Positions 1 through 9,317 of a stretch of DNA of 64,000 nucleotides are shown here, one piece after another. This DNA is from a virus (Duplodnaviria; Caudoviricetes). Under the pieces are notes generated by a model. The model saw only the letters and a list, made by a program, of their open reading frames with translations, searched no databases and was not told where the DNA came from. The stretch covers positions 8,546 through 72,545 of the IMG/VR virus record IMGVR_UViG_3300013005_000037; one strand, written 5' to 3'. Within the stretch, counting starts at the first letter, position 1. Every line of letters starts with the position of its first letter. The position numbers were made by a program, and so were the translations under genes.

Positions 1-2
1 TT

Positions 3-146
3 GAATCTGGAGTAGAAGTTAAAGTATTGCCGAAAGTTTCATTAGGTATTAGAGGGTCGTATGATTTTAGGGGCGATGCAAAATTTTATGAAGGAAAAGA
101 TTGGGTTTACAACAGTCAAGGATACATTAAATTTATAATAAATTAA
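3..146 (+). CDS. 3' end of a gene running into the window; beta-strand-like C-terminus, possibly an outer-membrane beta-barrel
   Basis: Manual translation: ESGVEVKVLPKVSLGIRGSYDFRGDAKFYEGKDWVYNSQGYIKFIIK*; alternating hydrophobic pattern; TAA at 144-146. Confidence 0.45.
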   Translation, partial: ESGVEVKVLPKVSLGIRGSYDFRGDAKFYEGKDWVYNSQGYIKFIIN

Positions 147-148
147 TT

Positions 149-409
149 ATGACACTAAAAGAAAAGTTTCAACAATGGTTTATCAATGATGAAGAAGATG
201 AACACTATGAAGGTATGGTAGAACTTGTATCTATTGAACACGAAAAAGTAGCAGATGAATTTGCTATTGGATTTGCGGAGTGGAGTTCTTTTTATAGAGA
301 TAAAAATAGAAATTCAAAACTAGATATGTTACATTCAAAAAGTAAGTATGATGAAAGTTATACTACAAAAGAACTATTAGAAATCTATAAAAAAGAAAAA
401 GGATTATGA
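149..409 (+). CDS. hypothetical protein
   Basis: 86-aa ORF whose stop overlaps the next start (ATGA). Confidence 0.6.
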   Translation: MTLKEKFQQWFINDEEDEHYEGMVELVSIEHEKVADEFAIGFAEWSSFYRDKNRNSKLDMLHSKSKYDESYTTKELLEIYKKEKGL

Positions 410-1032
410 GATTAACATTATCAATGGCTTCTTTTGGCAGACCACAAAGAACCATAAGAGCAATAAACTGTATTGCAAATCAAAACATAAATGGATGGGA
501 AGCCTATGTTGTAGGAGATGGTTGTCCAATAATGCAAGATTTTATAGATAGCGAATACTTTAACGAATTAATTGAACAATGTTCATATAATGGAAATGAT
601 TTGATGATTTGTAATAATCCAATTAATCAAGGTGGAAATGGATTTGCAGTTATTAATAACAACATTCAATTAGCACAAGGTAAATACTTTGTATTTTTTG
701 CCAACGATGATATTATTCTACCAAACCATTTTGAAAATTATCTTTCTCAAATAGAAGATACTGATTTGGATTTTGTTTACTTCAACTCGGAAGTTAAACC
801 AGTAAACGCATTAAGGATTTCTCGTCTTGAATATGGTATGATAGGTCATAGCGAACTAATTGTAAGAACTGACTTTTTAAAACAAATGCCTTTGCACAAC
901 GAACACTACGGACACGATTGGGCGTTAATACAAAGTATGATGCAAAATGGTAAACACAAAAAAGCAGAAAATTGTCCAGCTACCTACCACGTTATGAGTT
1001 TGTCGGATAGGAGAGAACGAGGAATTGATTAA
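406..1032 (+). CDS. glycosyltransferase family 2 (GT-A)
   Basis: N-terminal SFGRP..VVGDG; NGFAVINNNI..AQGKYFVFFANDD (DxD-like); GHDW. Confidence 0.8.
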   Translation: MRLTLSMASFGRPQRTIRAINCIANQNINGWEAYVVGDGCPIMQDFIDSEYFNELIEQCSYNGNDLMICNNPINQGGNGFAVINNNIQLAQGKYFVFFANDDIILPNHFENYLSQIEDTDLDFVYFNSEVKPVNALRISRLEYGMIGHSELIVRTDFLKQMPLHNEHYGHDWALIQSMMQNGKHKKAENCPATYHVMSLSDRRERGID

Positions 1033-1037
1033 TTTAT

Positions 1038-1045
1038 TATATTTG
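1038..1045 (+). promoter_or_regulatory. Bacteroidota-type -7 promoter element (TATATTTG)
   Basis: Matches TAnnTTTG, 27 nt upstream of the GT4 start. Confidence 0.65.
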
Positions 1046-1071
1046 TAACAAGAAACTTAAAACAACAAATT

Positions 1072-2346
1072 ATGAAAGTCGTACACCGCAAAAAAGAAAT
1101 ACAAAAATCATTATTAGTATATGCTGATTGGAATTGCACAACTGGATTCGGAGCAGTAGCCAAAGAGCTAGTTGATGAATGGTCAAAAGACAAAAATTTA
1201 AGTATTGTTATTTTTGCTATTAATGATAAGAGTAAAGCAGTTTACGATTACCTACCAAACGTAAAAGTGATACCAGCTTTGCAAACTGGAGATAAAGACA
1301 CCAGAGGAGATATTTACAGACGAATTGAATTGCTTCAAATAATTTATCAAAACGATTTTGATGCTTTGTTTTTTTTACAAGATGTAGAAGTTATTAATGC
1401 AATGGCTGACAATCTAAAAGAAGTCAAAAATAAAAAGAGAGAGGAAAACCGACCTAACTTTAAGTCGATGATTTATTTTCCAATTGATAGTGAGCCAAGA
1501 ATGGCTGATTTAAAAGTATTGTCATTTTTTGACGAAGTAGTTACTTATACGCAATATGCTAAAGGAGTAATGAAACCTTTGCTTTCTGACACGCAATTCA
1601 AAAAGATTAAGATTATACCACACGGAACTAATACAACCGATTTCCATCCTTATTCTCCACTTGCCAAAGCAAAAGCAAAAAGCGATATTTTTGGTACGGA
1701 AGATGTGTTTGTATTTGGAAGCGTAAACAGAAACCAAGTTAGAAAAGATTTTGGAAGTCTTATTATGGGATTTGCTATGTTCAAACATACAACTGGTGCA
1801 AACGCCTTGTTATATCTTCATTGTAATCCAGTTGACCCAATGGGAATAAACATTTTTAGATTATGTGATAGAGTAGGATTAGAAGTAGGTAAAGATGTAA
1901 TAATTCCAAAAGACTATTCAGAAAATAAAGGTTGTTCCCTAGAGGAATTGAATAAGATATATAATTCATTTGATTGTTTTATTACAACAACTACTGCGGA
2001 AGGTTGGGGATTGACAATTACCGAAGCTATGGCAACAAAATGTCTGGTAATATGTCCAAAACACACTTCTTTGACCGAAATAACAGACAACGGAGAAAAT
2101 TCTTTGAACTTTATGTTTAGTCAACAAGCAGTTTTTGTAAATGACTTTGAGAAAATAAGAATCACAACAAACCCAATGGAAGTTAAAACTCTATGCGAGG
2201 TAGCTTATGGATTAAAAGATGAAGTACCAGAACTACAAGAACAAGTCAAGCAAAAAATTGAAAATGCCTACAACAAAGTTTCAGCTATGAAGTGGGATGG
2301 TATTGCAAAGCAGTTTAAAGTGATTATTGATAGATTAGTAAAATAA
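1072..2346 (+). CDS. glycosyltransferase family 4 (GT-B)
   Basis: TTGFGAV; IIPHG; VNRNQVRKD; YNSFDCFITTTTAEGWGLTITEAMA (EX7E motif). Confidence 0.9.
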   Translation: MKVVHRKKEIQKSLLVYADWNCTTGFGAVAKELVDEWSKDKNLSIVIFAINDKSKAVYDYLPNVKVIPALQTGDKDTRGDIYRRIELLQIIYQNDFDALFFLQDVEVINAMADNLKEVKNKKREENRPNFKSMIYFPIDSEPRMADLKVLSFFDEVVTYTQYAKGVMKPLLSDTQFKKIKIIPHGTNTTDFHPYSPLAKAKAKSDIFGTEDVFVFGSVNRNQVRKDFGSLIMGFAMFKHTTGANALLYLHCNPVDPMGINIFRLCDRVGLEVGKDVIIPKDYSENKGCSLEELNKIYNSFDCFITTTTAEGWGLTITEAMATKCLVICPKHTSLTEITDNGENSLNFMFSQQAVFVNDFEKIRITTNPMEVKTLCEVAYGLKDEVPELQEQVKQKIENAYNKVSAMKWDGIAKQFKVIIDRLVK

Positions 2347-2380
2347 AAAAAGCCACCATAATAGGTGGCTATTTTTTTTT
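2345..2380. terminator. bidirectional intrinsic terminator
   Basis: A-tract, stem AGCCACC/GGTGGCT (2351-2370), T-tract; lies between convergent genes. Confidence 0.85.
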
Positions 2381-2398
2381 CTTTAAAAAATAATATGA

Positions 2399-2518
2399 TT
2401 ACTTTCTAAACGCTCCAACTTTGTAAGCGATTAATACCAATAATACAATTTGAATTGTGTTATGGACATTAGTTCCGCCTAACCATTCTGGACTTTTGAT
2501 GTCTAAAATTCCTCCCAT
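2399..2518 (-). CDS. 39-aa single-TM peptide absent from the ORF track
   Basis: MGGILDIKSPEWLGGTNVHNTIQIVLLVLIAYKVGAFRK*; has its own promoter and ends just before the bidirectional terminator. Confidence 0.65.
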   Translation of the reverse strand: MGGILDIKSPEWLGGTNVHNTIQIVLLVLIAYKVGAFRK

Positions 2519-2547
2519 TTTAAATTTATTTTATTAATTAATAAATA

Positions 2548-2555
2548 CAAATGTA
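2548..2555 (-). promoter_or_regulatory. Bacteroidota-type -7 element (TACATTTG) for the antisense peptide
   Basis: TAnnTTTG on the - strand, about 30 nt upstream of the ATG at 2518. Confidence 0.5.
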
Positions 2556-2687
2556 TATAATTATAAAATATTATTTTAAATAATATTAAAAATAACTGAA
2601 ATTTTTTTTGTTGTAAGTAATTCAGTTTAAAACAAATGACAAATACTTATTATTTAAAATATAAGTAAATCATTCAATTTAATTAAT

Positions 2688-2695
2688 TATATTTG
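2688..2695 (+). promoter_or_regulatory. Bacteroidota-type -7 element (TATATTTG)
   Basis: Consensus match in an AT-rich gap upstream of the HNH/polyvalent operon. Confidence 0.6.
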
Positions 2696-2718
2696 CTTTT
2701 TATAATACTAAAATCGTT

Positions 2719-3258
2719 ATGGATAATTTAGAAATCTGGAAAGATATAAACGGTTACGAAGGATACTATCAAGTTTCAAATATTGGTAGAGTTAAGTCTT
2801 TAGCAAGGGTAATTGAATACAGAAAAGGTATTTATGGAAATAAAAAAGAAATTATTTTAAAAACATTTAAAGATGGAAAAGGGTATTTAAAATATAAACT
2901 TTGTAAAAATGGAAAAGAAAAATCAGTTATATCACATAGATTAGTTGCTATTGCTTTTTTACATAATTTAAATCAAAAGCCAGAAGTTAATCATATAAAC
3001 GGAATAAAAGATGATAACAGACTTGAAAATTTAGAATGGTGTACAAGTTCAGAAAACACAATACACGCTTTAAACCAAAAACTTAAAATACCACAAAAAG
3101 GTTCAGAACACGGAATGTCAAAATTAACGGAAGAAAAAGTTTTAGAAATAAGATTAATAGGAAGAACAAAAACTACAAAAGAACTTGGCGAAATATATAA
3201 TGTACATAGGACTTTAATTAGTCAAGTGTTATTAAATAAAATTTGGAATCACGTTTAA
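2719..3258 (+). mobile_element. NUMOD4-HNH homing endonuclease with a C-terminal HTH-like region
   Basis: EIWKDINGYEGYYQVSNIGRVKS (NUMOD4); HRLVA..VNHINGIKDDNRLENLEW (HNH). Confidence 0.9.
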
Positions 3259-3267
3259 GATAAAAAA

Positions 3268-6200
3268 ATGGCAAAAGGAAAAGTAAAATTAACCCAAAAA
3301 GGTGCTGAAAATTCTCCAGCTGGAGGTGTTGTTGTGGGAGAAAGAAATGGTCAAACTATGATTTATGACGATGCTTCTGTTGGCGGTTATTTTGTGGGGA
3401 AAACACATAGTAAAGGCGGAATTAAAATGGTTAACAAATCTAGTGGGCAACAACTAGAAGTTCAAGGCTCGGAGGTTATTATTACTGCTCCAGCGGTTGC
3501 AGACCAAACCAAAAACGAGTTTAATGGTAAAATGATGACTAACAGAGAAGTGTTATCTGCAATAAATGAAAAAGGTGGTGGCGTATCATTTGCTAAAGGT
3601 GGAGATATTCCTAAAAACATAAAACGTACTGGAGCAAGTTATAAGTATGGTGGTAAAACAATGACCGACCACGAAATATATAAAAAAATTACTGGAGGAC
3701 ATTTAGCCGAAGGAATGACACTTTCTAAAATTGCAAAAAAACATAATGTTTCTTTAAAGGATTTACAAAGACAAGTTGATATGGGTATGAAAGCTGAAAG
3801 CGAACATACTTCAAGCAAACGTGAGCAAATGAAAATTGTAAAAGACCATTTGTTTGAAAATCCAAAGTATTATTCTTTGCTAAAAAGAGCTGGATTAAAA
3901 CACGGTGGCGCAGTTCGTAGAAGTAGTCTTGTTAGAGATTCAAAAAAAGGAAACACACCAGCAAGGGATTTAAACAATTACAACGATGTTCTTGATATGG
4001 ATGCCGATGGTGTATATGGTGCTGAAACTGGATTGTATGCTGGTGGAGGGGTAACACCATACGATGCAAATATGGAAGGAGATAGTGCTGATATGATGTT
4101 TGCAAAAGGGGGTGCTACTGATGTTGTTGTAGATAACTGGAGTGATATACCAGATGAATTTAAAAACATAAGATTGCCAAAGCAAATTGATTGGAACGCA
4201 AACCCTAGCGATGATGGGTTAAATGAAATTGTAAAACCATTTTTAAGCAAAGAACCATTAAGACCAGCGATGGAAGGTATAAACTTTGATGATAATGGAA
4301 TAACAGTTACAAACGCACATATTTTATTAACTATACCTACGGTTGACCACGAGTTTCAAGGAATTTATAAAAAAGAAAAATTATCATCTAAATCTTTACA
4401 AGAAGTATTTCCAGATGGGGTTATAAAAATTGATGCAAAATTTCCAAATTACGAGCCAATAATTCCTAAACAATCAGAAATTAAAAAAGTTTTTTATGTT
4501 GATGTCTTAAAACTACTAACGTATTTTAAGGTAGCTAAAAACTATTCGGACAACACGCAAATTATATTTAAAATTGATGGTTCAGAAATGTCTGTTGCTC
4601 CAGATTTAATGATTAATTTTTTAACCTCCTTAATCAAGCTTGGTGGTAATCAATTTATGTATGTTAGCTTTCAAACAGATAAAAGAGCTTTAATTTTTAG
4701 CTACTATTCAACTTTTTCGTTAGGCAAAGATGTTATTGGATTAATAATGCCTTATGTTTTTGATAAAGGAGAAACTTACGGTGCAGTAAATGAAGAAAAA
4801 AAAGCAGAGTTAAATGTTTACTTTGACTTTGATTACAATGTAATTCGTAATGCTGATGATAGTATTGTTGATTTAACTCCAAAGCCTACAAAAACAAGAG
4901 CTAAAAGAACGCCAAAGACAACTCAAAGTCAAACCAGTACACAAAAAAGTAAAACCATTACCGATGAAGATGTTGAAATTAAAAAACTAATTTTAGAATT
5001 TATAAATCAAGCTGGTTGGATTTTAAAAAAAGAGATTAAGAAAAAAATAGGAGAAAGTTTTTATAAAGATTTTTATAAATCAGACCCGCCTACTATTTAT
5101 CGATTAACCGCTATTACCGCAGAAGGATTATATCCTACTGACGAAAAAACATTAAAGTTTTTAGAGAAAATTGGAATGTATGATGACTATGAAGAACCAG
5201 TAAAAGAAACTTCGTCTGAAAAATTTACTGCTGGAGAAATTGATATGTTTAACCAAATAGATGCAATTGTTAATAGTTACGGTATAACAGTTGTAAGCAC
5301 AATGTCTTGGAGTAAAGGCACATCAAAAACAACAGATTTTGATATAGTAAATACATTAACTGGAGATGTTTTTGAATTAAGAAAATATAATCTCTCTTTA
5401 GGTGTTCAAGACGATGATATTGAAAAAGAAAAGTCAAGAGAATTAATTAAAGATTATAATGAATGGAAAACATTAACGCCTACTAAAGATGTAGAAAAAC
5501 AAGAAAAAGTAGAAGTTTTTAAATTAATTGGTTTATCAAGTGATGGAACTGAATCCGTTGTTGGGATTTATAGTGCTACTGAATTATTGAAAAATATAAA
5601 ACGTTTAGAAAACACATTCCCATTTAGAGAAACATTCCCATTTCGTATTTACGATAATAATGGTAAAGAATATGGTTCAATAACTTTTGGTAAAGGAATT
5701 ACAACACTACCAGAACTTGAAATATCTATTATTGATAGTCCTATATTTGATGATTATAATTGGACAGAATTTGTAAATTATGATAAAGAAATTACTCCAT
5801 TTGAACAACCAAAACCGAGTAAAACCGAAAAACCAAAACGTAATTTTGAGTTAGAACGTAAATACTTGTCGCAAAGGATTTCAGATTTGGCAAAAGAGTT
5901 GGATTTAAAAAAACCAATACTATCAAATGAAGAAGTTGCTTTTTACCAAAGAGAGATTAATTCATTTATTTTAAAGTTAAGAAAACTTAACGATGCTGAA
6001 ATGAGTTTAAAATCTATTGAGGAAAGAGTAAGGGGTGTATATGAATTAAAGATTTCAAGTTTTGACAATCAGTACACGGAAACAGATATGACCTCTATAA
6101 ACGCCTTAAAATCGCAATTAACAGAAAAGGAATATTTTAATGTTAGAACGCCAGAGTTTAAATCGTTTTTTGGAGATTGGGAAACTGCGTATTTGAATGA

Positions 6201-6846
6201 TAGTTATGCTGGAGTATCGAAAGTTATAAATCCAGTTACAAAAGAACCTCAACCAGTATTTCACGGAACAAACGTTTTATTTGTAAATTGGAAAACATAC
6301 GACACTAACAACGCACATTATTTTGCAGTTAAAAGAGAGATGTCGGAGTTTTTTGCTACATCGTGGGAAACAAGAGCAGATAAAGCTGGGGTAGATTCTG
6401 AAATTCTTAAAAAGTTAAATCCAAATAGAGGTACTTTTTTATTAAGATGTTTTATTGATGTAAAGAACCCAATTGATTTTTCAAGATTTGGTGTTGAAAA
6501 ATATCCTATTAGAGAGTTTCTTACTTTTTTAAGGGTAAACTATAATATTGGAGATTTTGATTTCTGGACTAACATAACTTCTCATAGCGGATTCACACAA
6601 GATACAGAAGTGTATGCTTGGCAGATAATTAGATTGTGGCAGTCTTTTACAAAATATGTAAAAGTGTTCACAACTTATGATGGTTATATTTTTTACGAAT
6701 ACATACCAACAAAACCTTATGGTGGATTAGAAAACGCATCGCTTTCTTATTGTGCTTTTGATAGCAACCAGATTAAGTTTACAGATGCCTACGAGTTTAA
6801 CGCATTGTCTAATGATTCAAGATTTGATTTAGGAGGAATTTTATAA
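3268..6846 (+). CDS. polyvalent protein 1 (DUF5661-like, beta-clamp-like and ART-PolyVal-like domains, separated by GG motifs)
   Basis: EHT..KDHLFENPKYY; RPAMEGI..TNAHIL..KFPNYEPIIP; VRTPEFKSFFGDW..PVFHGT..KNP..YDG..AFDSNQIK; FAKGG, YKYGG, LKHGG, YAGGG, FAKGG, FDLGG. Confidence 0.75.
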   Translation: MAKGKVKLTQKGAENSPAGGVVVGERNGQTMIYDDASVGGYFVGKTHSKGGIKMVNKSSGQQLEVQGSEVIITAPAVADQTKNEFNGKMMTNREVLSAINEKGGGVSFAKGGDIPKNIKRTGASYKYGGKTMTDHEIYKKITGGHLAEGMTLSKIAKKHNVSLKDLQRQVDMGMKAESEHTSSKREQMKIVKDHLFENPKYYSLLKRAGLKHGGAVRRSSLVRDSKKGNTPARDLNNYNDVLDMDADGVYGAETGLYAGGGVTPYDANMEGDSADMMFAKGGATDVVVDNWSDIPDEFKNIRLPKQIDWNANPSDDGLNEIVKPFLSKEPLRPAMEGINFDDNGITVTNAHILLTIPTVDHEFQGIYKKEKLSSKSLQEVFPDGVIKIDAKFPNYEPIIPKQSEIKKVFYVDVLKLLTYFKVAKNYSDNTQIIFKIDGSEMSVAPDLMINFLTSLIKLGGNQFMYVSFQTDKRALIFSYYSTFSLGKDVIGLIMPYVFDKGETYGAVNEEKKAELNVYFDFDYNVIRNADDSIVDLTPKPTKTRAKRTPKTTQSQTSTQKSKTITDEDVEIKKLILEFINQAGWILKKEIKKKIGESFYKDFYKSDPPTIYRLTAITAEGLYPTDEKTLKFLEKIGMYDDYEEPVKETSSEKFTAGEIDMFNQIDAIVNSYGITVVSTMSWSKGTSKTTDFDIVNTLTGDVFELRKYNLSLGVQDDDIEKEKSRELIKDYNEWKTLTPTKDVEKQEKVEVFKLIGLSSDGTESVVGIYSATELLKNIKRLENTFPFRETFPFRIYDNNGKEYGSITFGKGITTLPELEISIIDSPIFDDYNWTEFVNYDKEITPFEQPKPSKTEKPKRNFELERKYLSQRISDLAKELDLKKPILSNEEVAFYQREINSFILKLRKLNDAEMSLKSIEERVRGVYELKISSFDNQYTETDMTSINALKSQLTEKEYFNVRTPEFKSFFGDWETAYLNDSYAGVSKVINPVTKEPQPVFHGTNVLFVNWKTYDTNNAHYFAVKREMSEFFATSWETRADKAGVDSEILKKLNPNRGTFLLRCFIDVKNPIDFSRFGVEKYPIREFLTFLRVNYNIGDFDFWTNITSHSGFTQDTEVYAWQIIRLWQSFTKYVKVFTTYDGYIFYEYIPTKPYGGLENASLSYCAFDSNQIKFTDAYEFNALSNDSRFDLGGIL

Positions 6847-6848
6847 AT

Positions 6849-7946
6849 ATGAATATTCAAGAAAAAATAAAAGAGTTAGGATTAGTTCCTTTGTTTCCAG
6901 ATTACTATTATTTTGATAGTAGTAAGTCAAGTGAAAATGATACTTTGAAAATAAAGTCTGATGAAGTTGATTTTCTTCAAAGAATGGTTTTTAAAAGAGA
7001 ATTAATTGGATGTACTTTATACACAAAACTGGAAATTTTTAACGATACTTTTGAAAGTGAAATGAACTTCATTATAAGGCAAAAAGGCGAAAAAGTAGAA
7101 GAAATATACAGAGAAGAATATGAAAATTTAAAATTTGACAATTTGCCAGATGTTTTGAATTTTTTTAATGAAAAATATGAAATTGTTGCCAAAGTTTTTA
7201 ATGAAATGCTACTTGAAAAATTGAAAGAGGAATTAGAGGAAGAAAAAAAGAAGCAAGAGGAAAAAGAACAACAAGAGCAAGAAAAGTCTGAACAAGAGCA
7301 AGGCGAAGAAGAAGGCGAAGAAGAAGGCGAAGGAGAAGGAGAAGGAGAAGGAGAAGGAGAAGGAGAAGGAGAAGGAGAAGGAGAAGGAGAAGGAGAAGGA
7401 GAAGGAGAAGGAGAAGGAGAGCCAAAGGAAATGTCGGCAAAAGATATTGAAAAATTATTAGAGGAATTAAGCAAAGACCAAAAAGGGAAATCCAAACAAG
7501 GTCAAAACGATAATTCTGGAGATGAAATTGATTTAGAAGATTTTTTAGATAAGGTTGAACAAGGAGAAGCGGAAAACGATTTTACTAAAGGCTACAAAGA
7601 CAAAGACCTTAAAGAAAAAATTGATGATGAAAAAGGTGGAGGGCAAGGAGAAGGAGAACCAGATGATATGGATTTTGATTTACCAGATTTTCCAGAGCCA
7701 CCAGCCAATTCTGATAAAAGGATTGAAGGAGTTTTAGATGCTATTGTAGATATGCTAGATACTGACAAAGAAGATATTAAAAGACAATTCCCAACGCAAA
7801 AATCGGCAAAATCTTTTGTAAGTTTGTTGTCGCCAAATGAATTAGATTTTATAACTACGCAAGTTGGCTTATCCGAAACTTTAAGTAGATTTGAAAAACA
7901 AAAATTAATAACAAGTAATTTCATAACAGAATTAGAAAACATATAA
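6849..7946 (+). CDS. acidic protein with a Gly-Glu linker (resembles the N-terminal half of CobT-like MoxR partners)
   Basis: Long E/G low-complexity tract; immediately upstream of the MoxR ATPase. Confidence 0.6.
   Translation: MNIQEKIKELGLVPLFPDYYYFDSSKSSENDTLKIKSDEVDFLQRMVFKRELIGCTLYTKLEIFNDTFESEMNFIIRQKGEKVEEIYREEYENLKFDNLPDVLNFFNEKYEIVAKVFNEMLLEKLKEELEEEKKKQEEKEQQEQEKSEQEQGEEEGEEEGEGEGEGEGEGEGEGEGEGEGEGEGEGEGEGEPKEMSAKDIEKLLEELSKDQKGKSKQGQNDNSGDEIDLEDFLDKVEQGEAENDFTKGYKDKDLKEKIDDEKGGGQGEGEPDDMDFDLPDFPEPPANSDKRIEGVLDAIVDMLDTDKEDIKRQFPTQKSAKSFVSLLSPNELDFITTQVGLSETLSRFEKQKLITSNFITELENI
7329..7418 (+). repeat. perfect (GAAGGA)15 in-frame microsatellite encoding poly(EG)
   Basis: 90-nt uninterrupted hexamer repeat. 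Confidence 0.9.
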
Positions 7947-7949
7947 ATT

Positions 7950-9317
7950 ATGACAAGAGAAGAATTAGAACTAGTAATTAGCGACACTACATTATCACAA
8001 GAAACAAGAGATGATGCTAAAGGTCAACTAGCAAAATTGGATGCCTTGCAAACTTCGTCTGGAGTACAAGGTATAAACAATGATATTTTATTTGCGGTAC
8101 GAGAGTTTAATCAATCAATCGACAAATTGGCAAAAGCTGGTGTTGATAAGAAGCAAGTTGAAGATATTGTAGATGATAAATTCAGAGATACTAAAATTGG
8201 TAAAAATAATTTAGATTCTACTGTTTTAGAACTTATCGGAAAAACACAAACTGTTCAAATTATTAACTGGCAGAATGTTGTTGTTAAAACTGGAGATGGC
8301 AAGAAAAGAAAGATTTTTGATTTAATGCTTTCTGATTTTGAAGCTGGTAACAATATTTACCTATACGGTGGTGCTGGAACTGGAAAAACCTTTATAGCAA
8401 AAGAAGTAGCAAACGCCTTAAACTACAAATTGATAACCTTGAACTGTAATCAATTTACTTCGCCTTTGGATATAGTTGGAGGGCAAACGATTGAGGGTTA
8501 TCAAGAGGGTAGATTAATTGATGCCTTTGGATATACTGATGCAAGGAAAGAAATGAATAAAAGAACTGGAAAATATTTTTCTGGTGCAGTTTTATTATTA
8601 GATGAATTACCAAAACTTGACCCGAATACTGCTGGGGTATTAAATGATGGTTTATCAAAAATTAAAGACCCTTCTGAAAGAACGCAAGATGGTTTAGAAA
8701 TACGACCAGAAATTACGAATGGTAGAGGAGAAATTATTACAAAAGGAAATGTGTTTGTTATAGCAACTGGAAACTCTTTGTTAAATGAAGCTGATGTAAA
8801 CTATGAAGCCAACTTTAAACAAGATTTATCGTTACAAGATAGGTTTGCTGGAAGCACATACGAATTGATTATTGACCCACAATACGAATTAGATAATTTG
8901 ATGTCTAATATTAAGATTGAAGATGAATTAGCAAATTTCACTTTTATTTTTAATTTCTTATTCAAATTAAGAACCGCAGTAGAGGACAATAATTTTTCAA
9001 GTAGAGCTTTTGTTTCTCAAAGGTTAATGATTTCTATGAGAGATACCTATATCGCTTTTAGACTTAACGAAAGACAAGGCGAAAAAAGAATAAAAAGTCC
9101 AAAAACTTTGCAAATTGCAGTTAAAACATTTTTAGATTTGTTTACAGAGCAACAAAGAAGTGTGTTGGAAGCTGATGTAAGAGTAGATGAATTTTTTGAT
9201 TTAGTAAATAATAAAAATTTAAAACCGTTAGATTCTTTAGATTCTCCAGAGGACAAAACGGAAGCAAATTTATTGATTAAAGCATTTGATTTAAAAAACG
9301 CAAACAAAATTAAATAA
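7950..9317 (+). CDS. MoxR/CobS-like AAA+ ATPase
   Basis: Walker A GGAGTGKT; Walker B LLLDE; IATGN; QDLSLQDRF. Confidence 0.88.
   Translation: MTREELELVISDTTLSQETRDDAKGQLAKLDALQTSSGVQGINNDILFAVREFNQSIDKLAKAGVDKKQVEDIVDDKFRDTKIGKNNLDSTVLELIGKTQTVQIINWQNVVVKTGDGKKRKIFDLMLSDFEAGNNIYLYGGAGTGKTFIAKEVANALNYKLITLNCNQFTSPLDIVGGQTIEGYQEGRLIDAFGYTDARKEMNKRTGKYFSGAVLLLDELPKLDPNTAGVLNDGLSKIKDPSERTQDGLEIRPEITNGRGEIITKGNVFVIATGNSLLNEADVNYEANFKQDLSLQDRFAGSTYELIIDPQYELDNLMSNIKIEDELANFTFIFNFLFKLRTAVEDNNFSSRAFVSQRLMISMRDTYIAFRLNERQGEKRIKSPKTLQIAVKTFLDLFTEQQRSVLEADVRVDEFFDLVNNKNLKPLDSLDSPEDKTEANLLIKAFDLKNANKIK

Noticed and set aside
4231-4770. dnaN as a functional replicative clamp gene
   Set aside because: Partial, divergent and fused inside a 1192-aa protein
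6977-7495. Antisense ORFs with poly-(Ser-Pro) and poly-Leu (also 7198..7440)
   Set aside because: They are shadows of the (GAAGGA)n repeat in the real + strand gene
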